A stretch of DNA of 60,201 bases, taken from assembly GCA_964528085.1 (NCBI GenBank), contig CAZGRE010000001.1, positions 20,633-80,833 of the forward strand. The letters run 5' to 3'. The notes below the pieces were generated by a model. The model had not been told where the DNA came from, did not search any database, and saw only the letters and a list, made by a program, of their open reading frames with translations. Positions 9,349-19,090 of the stretch are shown here, in pieces. The stretch's first letter is position 1. The number at the start of each line of letters is the position of its first letter. The DNA is from an uncultured Thermotogae bacterium (GTDB lineage Bacteria; Bipolaricaulota; Bipolaricaulia; UBA7950; UBA9294). The position numbers and the translations under genes are program-made.

Positions 9349-10531
9349 AGAGGCGATCCGGAGGTTCGCAAACGGGGAGATCCTGATCATCGTCGACGAT
9401 GAGGACCGGGAGAACGAGGGGGACCTCGTCATCGCCGCCGAGCACGTGAGCCCGGAGGCGATAAACTTCATGGCGACCTACGGCCGGGGGCTGATCTGCG
9501 CCCCGATAAGCGAGTCCCGGGGACGGGAGCTGAACCTCTCCCCGATGTGTCCGGAGAACACGGCGCTGCACGGGACGCGGTTCACCGTGTCGGTCGATGC
9601 GAAGAAGGGGATCACGACCGGGATATCCGCTCACGACCGGGCCGAGACGATCCGCCTACTTGTCGATCCCTCGACCCGGCCGGACGATCTCGCCCGGCCC
9701 GGTCACGTCTTCCCGTTGATCGCGCGGGAGGGAGGGGTCCTGAAGCGGGCCGGCCACACTGAGGCGGCGGTCGATCTCTCCCGGCTCGCCGGGCTGAAGC
9801 CGGCTGCGGTCCTGTGCGAGATCTTAAACGAGGACGGGACGATGGCCCGCCTCCCCCAGCTTCTAGAGTTCGCCGAGAGACACGCCCTTTCCATTATCAG
9901 CATCGCCGATCTGATCGCCTATCGGAAGCGGACCGAGCGCCTCGTCGAGCGGGTCGCCGAGGCGAACCTCCCGACCGTCTACGGGACGTTCAGGATCATA
10001 AGCTACACGAGCCCGATCGAGGACGAGGAGCACGTCGCCCTGATCAAGGGGAAGGTTGAAGGGGAGAAGGACGTCCTCGTCCGCGTCCACTCCGAATGCC
10101 TGACCGGTGACGTCTTCGGGTCCCTGCGCTGCGACTGCGGGGAACAGCTCCACCGGGCGCTCCGGATGATCGAGAAGGAGGGGCGCGGCGTCCTTGTCTA
10201 CATGCGCCAGGAAGGGAGGGGGATCGGGCTGAAGAACAAGGTCTGCGCCTATCAGCTCCAGGACAGCGGGCTCGACACGGTGGAAGCGAACGAGAAGCTC
10301 GGCTTCGGTCCCGACCTGCGCGATTACGGGATCGGGGCCCAGATCCTGTGCGACCTCGGCCTGACGACGATCCGCCTCCTCACGAACAACCCGAAGAAGA
10401 TAGTCGGCCTCTCCGGGTACGGCCTGACGATCACGGAGCAGGTCCCGATCGAGATACCGCCGAACGAGTACAACCGCAACTACTTAAAGACGAAGAAGGA
10501 AAAGCTCGGGCATACGCTGACCGGGGTGTGA
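9332..10531 (+). CDS. ribBA: Bifunctional 3,4-dihydroxy-2-butanone-4-phosphate synthase / GTP cyclohydrolase II
   Basis: 399 aa. DHBPS motif [12 protein letters not shown] and GCHII motif [24 protein letters not shown]. Confidence 0.92.
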   Translation: MFIAIEEAIRRFANGEILIIVDDEDRENEGDLVIAAEHVSPEAINFMATYGRGLICAPISESRGRELNLSPMCPENTALHGTRFTVSVDAKKGITTGISAHDRAETIRLLVDPSTRPDDLARPGHVFPLIAREGGVLKRAGHTEAAVDLSRLAGLKPAAVLCEILNEDGTMARLPQLLEFAERHALSIISIADLIAYRKRTERLVERVAEANLPTVYGTFRIISYTSPIEDEEHVALIKGKVEGEKDVLVRVHSECLTGDVFGSLRCDCGEQLHRALRMIEKEGRGVLVYMRQEGRGIGLKNKVCAYQLQDSGLDTVEANEKLGFGPDLRDYGIGAQILCDLGLTTIRLLTNNPKKIVGLSGYGLTITEQVPIEIPPNEYNRNYLKTKKEKLGHTLTGV

Positions 10532-10556
10532 AGGCGTAATGGTTTAGGAGGTCAGA

Positions 10557-11024
10557 ATGGGAAAGGTCTTCGAAGGAAAACTCGATGGGAGCGGGCTCCG
10601 CATCGGGATCGTCATAAGCCGGTTCAACGAACTGATCACCGGGCACCTCCTCTCAGGGGCCCTCGACCGCTTCCGCCGCTCGAACGTCCCTGAAGAATCC
10701 ATCGACATCGCTTGGGTCCCCGGCTCGTTCGAGGTCCCGCGGGCGGCGAAGGCGCTCGCCTCCACCGGCAGGTACGACGGGATAGCAGCCCTCGCCGCCG
10801 TCATCCGGGGGGCGACCCCTCATTTCGAGTACATCGCCGCCGAGGTGAGCAAGGGGCTCGCCCGGTTGAACCTCGATTCACCCGTACCGATCGCGTTCGG
10901 GGTGATCACGGCCGACACGATCGAGCAGGCGATCGAACGAGCGGGGACGAAGGCGGGGAACAAGGGGGCCGAGGCAGCGGAGACGCTGATCGAGATGGTG
11001 AACGTCCTGCGAGAGATCGGATGA
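10557..11024 (+). CDS. ribH: 6,7-dimethyl-8-ribityllumazine synthase
   Basis: 155 aa. RIGIVISRFNELIT, WVPGSFEVP and ATPHFEYIA motifs. SD TAGGAGGT. Confidence 0.92.
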   Translation: MGKVFEGKLDGSGLRIGIVISRFNELITGHLLSGALDRFRRSNVPEESIDIAWVPGSFEVPRAAKALASTGRYDGIAALAAVIRGATPHFEYIAAEVSKGLARLNLDSPVPIAFGVITADTIEQAIERAGTKAGNKGAEAAETLIEMVNVLREIG

Positions 11025-12310
11025 AGTACGAGCCGGTCCGGGGGATGCGCGACATCCTCCCCGACGAGGTGCGCTGGTGGCGGCTCGTCGAGGAGACGTT
11101 CCGCGAGATAGCCCGCCTGTACAACTACCGGGAGATCCGCTTCCCGATCGTCGAGGCGACCGAACTCTTCACCCGAGGGATAGGCGAGGCGACCGAGGTC
11201 GTCGGGAAGCAGATGTACACCTTCCCCGATCGGAAGGGGAGGAGCCTCACCCTCCGACCGGAGGGGACGGCGTCGGTCGCCCGCGCCTATCTGACCGGGG
11301 GACTGCAGACGGAGGACCCGTTCCAGAAGTGGTTCTACATCGGGCCGATGTTCCGCTACGAGAAGCCGCAGAAGGGGCGCTCACGTCAGTTCCATCAGTA
11401 CGGGATCGAGGCGATCGGCTCGCTCGATCCGGGGCTCGATGCCGAGGTGATCGCCCTTGCCTGGTCGCTGATGAAGAGGCTCGGCTTGAGCGGCCTCAGC
11501 CTCCGGCTGAACTCGATCGGCTGCTCCGAGGACCGACTCCGCTACCGGGATGCCCTCAAGGAGCACTTTGCCGACCGGATCTCCTCGATGTGCTCCGACT
11601 GCCAGCGCCGCTATCAGGACAACCCTCTTCGCATCCTCGACTGCAAGAAGGAGACCTGCCGGCCGCATATCGAGTCGGCCCCGGCGAGCGTCGATTTTCT
11701 CTGTTCCGATTGCAAGGAGCATTTCGCAGGGGTGAGGGAACGGCTCGATCTCCTCGGGCTCGACTACGAGGTCGACTCCCAGCTGGTCAGGGGGCTCGAC
11801 TACTACACCCGGACCGTCTTCGAGCTCGTCTCGGACGCCCTCGGCGCCCAGGACAGCCTCCTCGGCGGCGGGCGCTACGACGGGCTGATCGAAGCCCTCG
11901 GCGGGCCGCCGACCCCGGCGATCGGGTTCGCCGGGGGGATGGAGCGGCTCGTCATCGCCCTGCAAGGGGCCGGTATCCACCCCGATCCCGAGCGGATCGA
12001 CCTGTTCATCGCAACGCTCGGCAATGAGGCCTCCCTTATCGGCCTGAAGCTCGCCGAGGGGATCCGGAGGGCCGGGTTCGCGGTCGACCTCGATCATCGG
12101 AGAAGATCGCTCCGCAAGCAGCTCACCCTGGCGAACAGGCTGGGGGCGTCCTTCCTCCTCGTCGTGGGGGAGGAGGAACTCAACTCAGGGAAGGGGAGGC
12201 TGAAGGACCTCTCGACAGGGAGGGAGGAGGAGGTCGAGCTGACCGTCGCCGGGATCAACGCTAAACTCGAGGGGAGAACGCCTTATCATGGAGGGGACGA
12301 TGGAGCTTAG
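11021..12310 (+). CDS. hisS: Histidine--tRNA ligase
   Basis: [14 protein letters not shown] start (ATG 11021, ATGA overlap with the ribH stop) and class II aaRS motifs. The track ORF from 10712 is a 5' over-extension in the same frame. Confidence 0.92.
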   Translation: MKYEPVRGMRDILPDEVRWWRLVEETFREIARLYNYREIRFPIVEATELFTRGIGEATEVVGKQMYTFPDRKGRSLTLRPEGTASVARAYLTGGLQTEDPFQKWFYIGPMFRYEKPQKGRSRQFHQYGIEAIGSLDPGLDAEVIALAWSLMKRLGLSGLSLRLNSIGCSEDRLRYRDALKEHFADRISSMCSDCQRRYQDNPLRILDCKKETCRPHIESAPASVDFLCSDCKEHFAGVRERLDLLGLDYEVDSQLVRGLDYYTRTVFELVSDALGAQDSLLGGGRYDGLIEALGGPPTPAIGFAGGMERLVIALQGAGIHPDPERIDLFIATLGNEASLIGLKLAEGIRRAGFAVDLDHRRRSLRKQLTLANRLGASFLLVVGEEELNSGKGRLKDLSTGREEEVELTVAGINAKLEGRTPYHGGDDGA

Positions 12311-12782
12311 ACTCGTTAAAATCGAGAACCCGGACGGGCTCAACCTGATCATCGGGCAATCCCACTTCATAAAGACGGTCGAGGACCTGCACGAGGCGCT
12401 CGTCACGAGCGTCCCGGGGATTAGGTTCGGCCTCGCGTTCAACGAGGCATCCGGCCCGTGCCTCATCCGTCACTCCGGGACGGACGAAAACCTCGAGGAG
12501 CTGGCAATCCGGAATGCAAAAGCGATCGGGGCCGGCCACGCGTTCATCGTCTTTCTGAAGGGCGCATTCCCGATCAACGTATTGCACGCGGTAAAGCGCG
12601 TCCCCGAGGTCTGCCGGATATTCTGTGCTACCGCCAACCCGCTTCAAGTTTTGATCGCCGAGACGGAGCAGGGGCGCGGAATCCTCGGGGTGATCGACGG
12701 ATCCTCCCCCAAGGGGACGGAGGGAGAGGCCGATATCGAGGAGAGGAAGGGGTTCCTCCGGAAGATCGGATACAAGCTGTAA
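12300..12782 (+). CDS. Adenosine-specific kinase family protein (PF04008-like)
   Basis: [34 protein letters not shown]...[31 protein letters not shown]...FLRKIGYKL closely matches my memory of this family. GGAGG lies 5 nt before ATG 12300. Confidence 0.7.
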   Translation: MELRLVKIENPDGLNLIIGQSHFIKTVEDLHEALVTSVPGIRFGLAFNEASGPCLIRHSGTDENLEELAIRNAKAIGAGHAFIVFLKGAFPINVLHAVKRVPEVCRIFCATANPLQVLIAETEQGRGILGVIDGSSPKGTEGEADIEERKGFLRKIGYKL

Positions 12783-12983
12783 ACCTGATCCTTAGTTGAC
12801 TCCGAGCGGAAAAAGCTGTACCTTATTCCCATCGACCGGTCGCAAACGACCGACCAGGAGGTCGCTGCCGATGAGAAGGATTAGTAAGCTCTAGAACCGA
12901 ACGGTTCTCCATCCGGTGAGGAGACTCACCGCCCATTGTCGGCCGGTCATTCCCAGGTTTTTTCATCTAAATAAGGAGCTATC

Positions 12984-13808
12984 ATGAGCACGCGCCCACT
13001 CGAGATCGAGGGCGTGCACAAGTCCTTCACCCGGAGAGGGCGGGCGAAGTCGAGCAGGCCATTTCGCAGGAAAAAGCTGGAGAAGGTCGTCGCCCTGCGC
13101 GGGATCGACCTTACGATCGAACAGGGGGAGGTGTTCGGCGTCCTCGGCCCGAATGGGTCGGGAAAGTCGACGCTGATCCGGCTCGTCTCGACCCTCCTCC
13201 TCCCAGATGAAGGGAAGATCCGCGTCTTCGGCCACGACGTCGAGCACGAGCCGTTCGCCGTCAAGCGGCTGATCAACCGCGTCTCAGTCGACGCCGCGTT
13301 CTTTAAGAAGTTCTCGCCGATCGAGAACCTCCTCTACGCCGCCCGCCTGTACGGCCTGAGCGCAAGAGAGGCGAGGAAGGAGATGAGAAGGATCATGAAG
13401 CGGCTCGGGCTGAAGGAGGAGACGTTCAATCAGCCGATGGAACAGATGTCGCGCGGGATGCAGCAGAAGGTCGCCGTCGCACGTGGGCTTCTCACCTCCC
13501 CGACCCTCCTCCTCCTCGATGAGCCGACGACAGGGCTCGATCCTCACTCGAAGCGGGACGTACAGAGGTTCGTCCGGGAGATCCGCGACATCCACGATAC
13601 GACCGTCCTTTTGACGACGCACGACATGGAGGAGGCCGACCGGATCTGCGACCGGATCGCGATCATCGACGAGGGGAGGATCGTCGCCCTCGACACCCCG
13701 GAGGGGCTGAAGGGGAGAATCCCGGGATCGAACGGGAAGAGAACGACGCTCGAGGACGTCTTCCTCCAGCTTACCGGGCACAGATTGGAAGAGGAGAAAG
13801 AAGAATGA
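12984..13808 (+). CDS. ABC transporter ATP-binding protein (ABC-2/DrrA-like exporter type)
   Basis: Walker A GPNGSGKST, signature MSRGMQQK, Walker B LLLLDEPTTGLD. SD AAGGAG. Confidence 0.85.
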   Translation: MSTRPLEIEGVHKSFTRRGRAKSSRPFRRKKLEKVVALRGIDLTIEQGEVFGVLGPNGSGKSTLIRLVSTLLLPDEGKIRVFGHDVEHEPFAVKRLINRVSVDAAFFKKFSPIENLLYAARLYGLSAREARKEMRRIMKRLGLKEETFNQPMEQMSRGMQQKVAVARGLLTSPTLLLLDEPTTGLDPHSKRDVQRFVREIRDIHDTTVLLTTHDMEEADRICDRIAIIDEGRIVALDTPEGLKGRIPGSNGKRTTLEDVFLQLTGHRLEEEKEE

Positions 13809-14629
13809 ACCGACTGATACGGGAGATGCGTGGGGCGTACGCGTTCGTCGAGAGGAACTTCAACCTGATCAAGCGTTATTGGGGGTGGGAGATCGTCTGG
13901 CTGATCTACTCCCTCGTCAACTCCCTCGCCGTCACCTACATCGGCGCTGGGATGGAGCGGATCAGCGGCCAGTCGCTCGACACGGAGTACCTGATCACGT
14001 ACCTCCTCGTCGGAACTCTGATCTGGCAGTATCTATCGGTGATCTTCTACTCGATCAGCGAGATGATCGCCTGGGAGCGCTGGGAGGGGACGATCGAGTA
14101 CACGTTCATGGCCCCTGTCTCGCGGTCGACCCACCTCGTGGGAACGACCCTGTTCGCGATCGGTTACGGGATCATAAGGACGCTGATCATCCTCGCCATC
14201 GTCGCCTCCTTCTTCCACCTCGACCTTCGCGGGGCGAACCTCCCAGGGGCGGTCCTCCTCCTCCTGGCGGGGAGCGTGTCGTTCGTCGGACTCGGGATCC
14301 TCGCCGCCGTCTTACCCCTCCTCTACCCGGAGAGGGGGGCGCAGATGACGAACGCCGCCGCCGCCATCCTCCTCCTCATCTCCGGGGTCTACTATCCGGT
14401 GGCGACCCTCCCCGGATGGCTGCAGAGGATCGCCGCCGGATCCCCTGCCACGTACGTGATCGAGGGGATGCGCGGCTGCCTCCTCCGAGGGGAACCGACG
14501 GCGACCCTCCTCCCGACGGTCTTCATGCTGATCGGGACCGGTCTTGTGATCATCATGATCGGGCTTCTCGTCTTCCGGCACGTGGAGGCGTATGCAAAGC
14601 GGGCAGGGAGGCTGAAGCGAAGCGGATAA
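13805..14629 (+). CDS. ABC-2 type transporter permease
   Basis: 274 aa, about 6 TM segments. ATGA overlap with the preceding ATPase gene. Confidence 0.8.
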   Translation: MNRLIREMRGAYAFVERNFNLIKRYWGWEIVWLIYSLVNSLAVTYIGAGMERISGQSLDTEYLITYLLVGTLIWQYLSVIFYSISEMIAWERWEGTIEYTFMAPVSRSTHLVGTTLFAIGYGIIRTLIILAIVASFFHLDLRGANLPGAVLLLLAGSVSFVGLGILAAVLPLLYPERGAQMTNAAAAILLLISGVYYPVATLPGWLQRIAAGSPATYVIEGMRGCLLRGEPTATLLPTVFMLIGTGLVIIMIGLLVFRHVEAYAKRAGRLKRSG

Positions 14630-14636
14630 ATGATGA

Positions 14637-14658
14637 AGGCGCGGGAAATCCCGCGCCT
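14637..14658. terminator. Bidirectional terminator-like hairpin between convergent genes
   Basis: AGGCGCGGG-AAAT-CCCGCGCCT, a perfect 9-bp GC stem, between the permease stop (14629) and the minus-strand stop (14684). Confidence 0.55.
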
Positions 14659-14683
14659 CCATACCCCTCCTATACGCTGAAGC

Positions 14684-15655
14684 CTACAGGTGCTCTTCTA
14701 CCTCTTCCAGGAATTCCGCCGCCTTTTCCTGTGATATCGCGTTGTACAGCGGATACTTCTCTCCCACCGGCTCTGCCAGGACCTCATCGAGGATCCGCTT
14801 CGCATCCTCCCACATCCCCTTCTCCATCAGGTAGTACTGGACGAAGAAGAGGCGGTTCTCGAAGTACTCGTCCGCCGCTGGGTCGACCGGGCCGAAGTCC
14901 GGGCAGTCGTTGCACTCAGCACAGATCTCCGGCTCGTTGACGACCTTGCAGAAGTAGCCGAGGGACTTGTTGAAGTTCTTGCTGTAGTGAACGAGGATCC
15001 CCAACCTTGGAAGCCCTCCCCAAAACGCGCCGAGCGCCCGGTAAGAGCCGTAGTTCATGTATGTGTCATCCAGTTCCAGACAGCGAAGGTACATGACTTC
15101 GGTCTGATCCGGGATCTTGGCAAAGACAGCCTTGACCTTGTTGAACTCCGCCACTCTGAGCCAGTTCGCCCCCGTCCAGTAGAGGGCCGCTATGTCGGTC
15201 TCTTGCTTGACGGCGTCGATGAACCGGCCGATGTCCTTTGTCGGAGACCCCTCTATCTCAGCGAACGTCGGATCCATCCGGAGGCTCTTCATCCCCCAGT
15301 TCTTCCCCTTTACGTAGGTCGATTCCTCTTCCTCCTCGCCGGAGAGGAACGCATCGGCCAACGTGTAGTAGGCCTGGGAGAGCTTGTTTAGAAGATCCTT
15401 GTTCGCTGGATCGACGTAGAAATCGTTGACCGCCAGTTCATCGAGTTGATCGAGATCCTCTGGAACCCCCAAAGTAGCCAGGAATGCCGCGATCGCTCCC
15501 TCAAGCTGGGCGCGCCCCTCGTCATTGTATTGGACCATGATGTCGCTACCTGAGAACAGGGCGAGAGCCTCGTCGAGGGTCATCGCACACGCTATGATGC
15601 CGAACCCCACAAGCAGCACAAGCGCCAACGGTATGAGCTTTCTCATCTTCCTCAA
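14684..15655 (-). CDS. Secreted helical-repeat (TPR-like) protein with N-terminal signal/anchor; resembles the TatT (TRAP-T-associated) family
   Basis: 323 aa with an N-terminal hydrophobic signal (LIPLALVLLVGFGIIACA). The helical-repeat body with ALYWTGANW...YRALGAFWGG is reminiscent of TatT-family proteins. The family call is tentative. Confidence 0.5.
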   Translation of the reverse strand: MRKMRKLIPLALVLLVGFGIIACAMTLDEALALFSGSDIMVQYNDEGRAQLEGAIAAFLATLGVPEDLDQLDELAVNDFYVDPANKDLLNKLSQAYYTLADAFLSGEEEEESTYVKGKNWGMKSLRMDPTFAEIEGSPTKDIGRFIDAVKQETDIAALYWTGANWLRVAEFNKVKAVFAKIPDQTEVMYLRCLELDDTYMNYGSYRALGAFWGGLPRLGILVHYSKNFNKSLGYFCKVVNEPEICAECNDCPDFGPVDPAADEYFENRLFFVQYYLMEKGMWEDAKRILDEVLAEPVGEKYPLYNAISQEKAAEFLEEVEEHL

Positions 15656-15791
15656 CCTCCTAATCGGTCGTTGACCGGACTATACCGGAATAGGGTTAGA
15701 CCGACAAACCCCGAGCTGGAGGGAGGAATCTGGACGAACGATGATCCCCTGGTTATAGTTCGCTCGCATCCGAGCTAAAAAGGAGGAACGA

Positions 15792-15974
15792 ATGGCTAAC
15801 CCAACCGTCAACAAGGACCTGTGCGTAGGGTGTGCCATCTGCACCCAGGTCTGCTCAGACGTGTTCGAGCTGGGAGCGGACGGCAAGGCAGAGGTGAAGG
15901 CCGGCGCCGACCTGAACGCCGCCTGCATCCAGGATGCCGCCGATCAGTGTCCGGTCGGCGCGATCACCACATAG
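15792..15974 (+). CDS. Small single-cluster [4Fe-4S] ferredoxin
   Basis: 60 aa. CVGCAICTQVC ... CP pattern. Strong SD AAAGGAGG. Confidence 0.85.
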   Translation: MANPTVNKDLCVGCAICTQVCSDVFELGADGKAEVKAGADLNAACIQDAADQCPVGAITT

Positions 15975-15978
15975 GCGA

Positions 15979-16014
15979 GAAGGGCGCGGAGGAGAACCTT
16001 CCTCCGCGCCCTTC
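15979..16014 (+). terminator. Terminator-like hairpin after the ferredoxin gene
   Basis: GAAGGGCGCGGAGGA-gaacct-TCCTCCGCGCCCTTC, a perfect 15-bp stem immediately after the stop. The downstream tract is only CCCCCTT. Confidence 0.6.
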
Positions 16015-16086
16015 CCCCTTCGAATAACCTGTTTACCAATTGTCCCCTCACCGACAGGTTGATAGGATATACGCCGGTGGAATGCG

Positions 16087-16950
16087 TTGAGTGAGCGGAA
16101 GATCGGGCTTGTCCTATCGAGCGGCGGAGCACGGGGGACGGCGCATATCGGGGTCCTCAAGGTCCTCGAGGAAAACGGGATCGTCCCCGACGTCATCGCC
16201 GGCTCGAGCATGGGAGCCCAGGTCGGCGGAGCGTACGCCGCCGGGGTGGCGATCGACGAGATGGAGGCCCACTGGCGTTCCAGCTCGTGGAAGCGGGTGG
16301 CGAAGACCCTGTTCCCGACAATCCCTTGGTCGGGATGGAGCTCCGGGCGTGAGGTGACGCGCTTCCTCCGCGACCTGTTCGGCGACCGGAGGATCGAGGA
16401 CCTCCCGATCCCATACGCCGCCGTGGCGACCGACCTCGAGACAGGAGAGGCGTTCCCGATAACATCAGGCCCGCTCGCCCAAGCAATCCGGGCGAGCCTC
16501 TCCGTCCCCGGGCTGTTCGTCCCGGCCTGGTTCGAAGGCCGGCTCCTGATCGACGGGGGGGTGACCAATCCCCTACCTATCGACGTCGCCCGCTCCCTCG
16601 GAGCCGACGTGGTGATCGCCGTCGACGTCCTCGTCGAGCCGGGCGAGGTCAGGCTAGCGGGGATCTCCTCCCCTTCATCAGGGAAGATCCTCGGCTTCAT
16701 AAGCGGGGGTGGTTCGGAGGAGAGGAGGTTCTATCCGAGCGTCTTCTCCGTCCTCTTCCAGATGTCGACCGTCTTCCAGAAGAGGATCTTAAACCTCCTC
16801 CTCCAATCGAACCCGCCCGACGTCCTGATCCGCCCGGATTTCTCCGTTGACCCTCCCTCCTACAGCGATCCCGGCAGGGGGATCGAGGCGGGGGAGGAGG
16901 CGGCCCAGCGGGCCCTACCCGCAATCCGCCGCGCCGTCTCAGGGGCGTAG
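16087..16950 (+). CDS. Patatin-like phospholipase (RssA-like)
   Basis: SSGGARGTAHIGVL oxyanion motif, GSSMGA nucleophile elbow and a DGG motif. Confidence 0.85.
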   Translation: MSERKIGLVLSSGGARGTAHIGVLKVLEENGIVPDVIAGSSMGAQVGGAYAAGVAIDEMEAHWRSSSWKRVAKTLFPTIPWSGWSSGREVTRFLRDLFGDRRIEDLPIPYAAVATDLETGEAFPITSGPLAQAIRASLSVPGLFVPAWFEGRLLIDGGVTNPLPIDVARSLGADVVIAVDVLVEPGEVRLAGISSPSSGKILGFISGGGSEERRFYPSVFSVLFQMSTVFQKRILNLLLQSNPPDVLIRPDFSVDPPSYSDPGRGIEAGEEAAQRALPAIRRAVSGA

Positions 16951-16955
16951 AGCGG

Positions 16956-17834
16956 TTGGACGAGAGAGGGCGCCTCTTTCCGGTCAGGATCGCCATCGGG
17001 GTAATCGCCGTCTCATTCGGTTCGATACTCGTCCGGCTCGCCGGAGAGGCCTCCCCGCTCGCCATAGCCGGATGGCGGCTCGGGCTCGCCGCCGTCTTCC
17101 TCCTCCCGATCGTTGCACTTCACGGCAACCTAAGAAGGATCGACAGACGGATCCTCCTCCTGGCGATCGGGAGCGGCTGCGCCCTCTCCCTTCACTTCAT
17201 CCTCTGGATCTCATCGCTTGAGTACACGAGCGTGTCGAGCTCCGTCCTCTTCGTGACGACGCATCCGATGTTCGTCGGGATCGGATCCCATTTCCTATTG
17301 AAGGAACGGGTCGGCCGGAGGCTCGTAGCGGGGATCGCCCTATCGATAATCGGTGGGATCATCATCGGCTGGGGTGACCTGAGAATCGGCGGGAGGGCGG
17401 TTTACGGCGACCTCCTCGCCATCGGCGGGGGGCTCGCTGCCGCCATCTACTTCCTGATCGGCCGAACCGTAAGGAAAGGGTCGAACCTGATCGACTACAT
17501 CGCGATCGCTTACGGAACGGCCGCTGCGATCGTCCTTCTGAGCTGCGCCGCCACCGGGGCCCGCCTCACCGGGTTCTCACACCAAACCTATCTCTATCTT
17601 TTCCTACTCGCCATCGGGCCACAGCTGATCGGGCATACGACGTTTAATTGGGCGCTCAAACACCTATCGGCAGCGAAGGTCTCCGTCGTCATCCTCGGCG
17701 AGCCGGTCGGGGCGACCATCCTCGCTATCCTATTCTTCCGGGAGGTCCCGGGATGGTTGAACGGGATCGGCGCTGTGATCATACTCGTCGGGATCTATCT
17801 CAGCCTGCGAAGCGAGGAGGGTCAGAATGGGTGA
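16956..17834 (+). CDS. EamA/DMT family transporter
   Basis: 292 aa, about 10 TM segments in two EamA-like halves. Confidence 0.8.
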   Translation: MDERGRLFPVRIAIGVIAVSFGSILVRLAGEASPLAIAGWRLGLAAVFLLPIVALHGNLRRIDRRILLLAIGSGCALSLHFILWISSLEYTSVSSSVLFVTTHPMFVGIGSHFLLKERVGRRLVAGIALSIIGGIIIGWGDLRIGGRAVYGDLLAIGGGLAAAIYFLIGRTVRKGSNLIDYIAIAYGTAAAIVLLSCAATGARLTGFSHQTYLYLFLLAIGPQLIGHTTFNWALKHLSAAKVSVVILGEPVGATILAILFFREVPGWLNGIGAVIILVGIYLSLRSEEGQNG

Positions 17835-19038
17835 GGGAAGCGGTCGGGCAAAGATCGAGTGGGCGCAGGGGCATATGCCCCTCCTCAGTCGACTGAAGGA
17901 AAGGTTCGTGGAGGAACGCCCGTTCTCAGGGTACCGGATCGGGATGAGCATCCACCTCGAGGCGAAGACCGCCTGCCTGGCGATCCTCCTCCGCGACGGG
18001 GGAGGGGAGGTATCGGTGACCGGGAGCAACCCCCTATCGACCCAGGACGACGTCGCCTCGGCCCTCGCTGAGGAGGAAGGGATCTCCGTCCACGCCCGGC
18101 ACGGCGTCTCGGAGCGGGAATACGTCTCTCACCTTGAGAGGGTCATCTCCGCCTCGCCGGAATTGATCCTCGACGACGGGGGAGATCTCGTCCACCTCCT
18201 TCATGAGGGGGATCCGACCGGGGTGCTCGGGGGGTGCGAGGAGACGACGACCGGCGTGATCCGCCTGCGGAGGCTGGCGAAGGAGGGAAGGCTCCGCTTC
18301 CCGATGTTCGCGGTGAACGACGCCAGGATGAAGTACCTGTTCGACAACCGCTACGGGACGGGTCAATCGGTCTGGGATGCGATAATGCGAAGGACGAACC
18401 TCCTCCTCGCCGGGAAGTCGGTGCTCGTCGCCGGCTACGGCTGGTGCGGCCGCGGGATCGCCTCCCGCGCCCGTGGGCTGGGGGCGAGGGTGACGGTCGC
18501 CGAGATAGACCCGGTGAGGGCGATCGAGGCGTGGATGGACGGGTTCCGCGTCTCCCCGTTACAAGAGGCGATCGGCGAAGCGAACATCGTGGTCACAGCG
18601 ACCGGCTGCACCGCCGTCGTAGACGAGGATGGACTCAGACGGGCGAAGGACGGGGTCATCCTCGCCAACGCCGGGCACTTCAACGTCGAGATCGACGTCG
18701 AATCCCTGGAGCGGATCTCCCACTCGAAGCGGGTCGTACGGGAAGGGATCGAGGAGTACACGCTCGCCGACGGCCGTCGGATCTACCTCCTCGGCGAGGG
18801 GCGCCTCGTCAACCTCGCGCTCGGAGACGGGCACCCGGTCGAGATCATGGACATCTCGTTCACCGTCCAGGCGCTGACCCTCCGCCATCTGGTGAAGGAG
18901 GGACCGTTCCGGCCCGGCCTCCACCCTGTCCCAGAAGAGATCGACGAGGAGATAGCCCGGATGAAGCTCGCCTCCCTCGGCGTCTCGATCGATTCCCTCA
19001 CCGAGGAGCAGCGCGCCTACATTGGCCGTAACGGGTGA
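17827..19038 (+). CDS. ahcY: Adenosylhomocysteinase (short, archaeal/thermophile-type)
   Basis: 403 aa. HLEAKTA, CEETTTG and the NAD-binding GYGWCGRG motif. Confidence 0.9.
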   Translation: MGEGSGRAKIEWAQGHMPLLSRLKERFVEERPFSGYRIGMSIHLEAKTACLAILLRDGGGEVSVTGSNPLSTQDDVASALAEEEGISVHARHGVSEREYVSHLERVISASPELILDDGGDLVHLLHEGDPTGVLGGCEETTTGVIRLRRLAKEGRLRFPMFAVNDARMKYLFDNRYGTGQSVWDAIMRRTNLLLAGKSVLVAGYGWCGRGIASRARGLGARVTVAEIDPVRAIEAWMDGFRVSPLQEAIGEANIVVTATGCTAVVDEDGLRRAKDGVILANAGHFNVEIDVESLERISHSKRVVREGIEEYTLADGRRIYLLGEGRLVNLALGDGHPVEIMDISFTVQALTLRHLVKEGPFRPGLHPVPEEIDEEIARMKLASLGVSIDSLTEEQRAYIGRNG

Positions 19039-19090
19039 GCCCGTCTACCGCAGAGGAGAAAAACAAGGTACAATACCGGATCGGAGGTTG

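Noticed and set aside
10712-11020. N-terminal extensions of track ORFs: hisS from 10712, lptC-like from 36909, hrcA from 30225, ABC ATPase to 28173, rdgB to 35603, gpsA from 20200, ctp from 19022 and BMP SBP from 54018
   Set aside because: The extensions overlap upstream genes or promoters and are Arg/Pro-rich. Canonical family N-termini with SD sequences occur at the internal starts used in the feature list.
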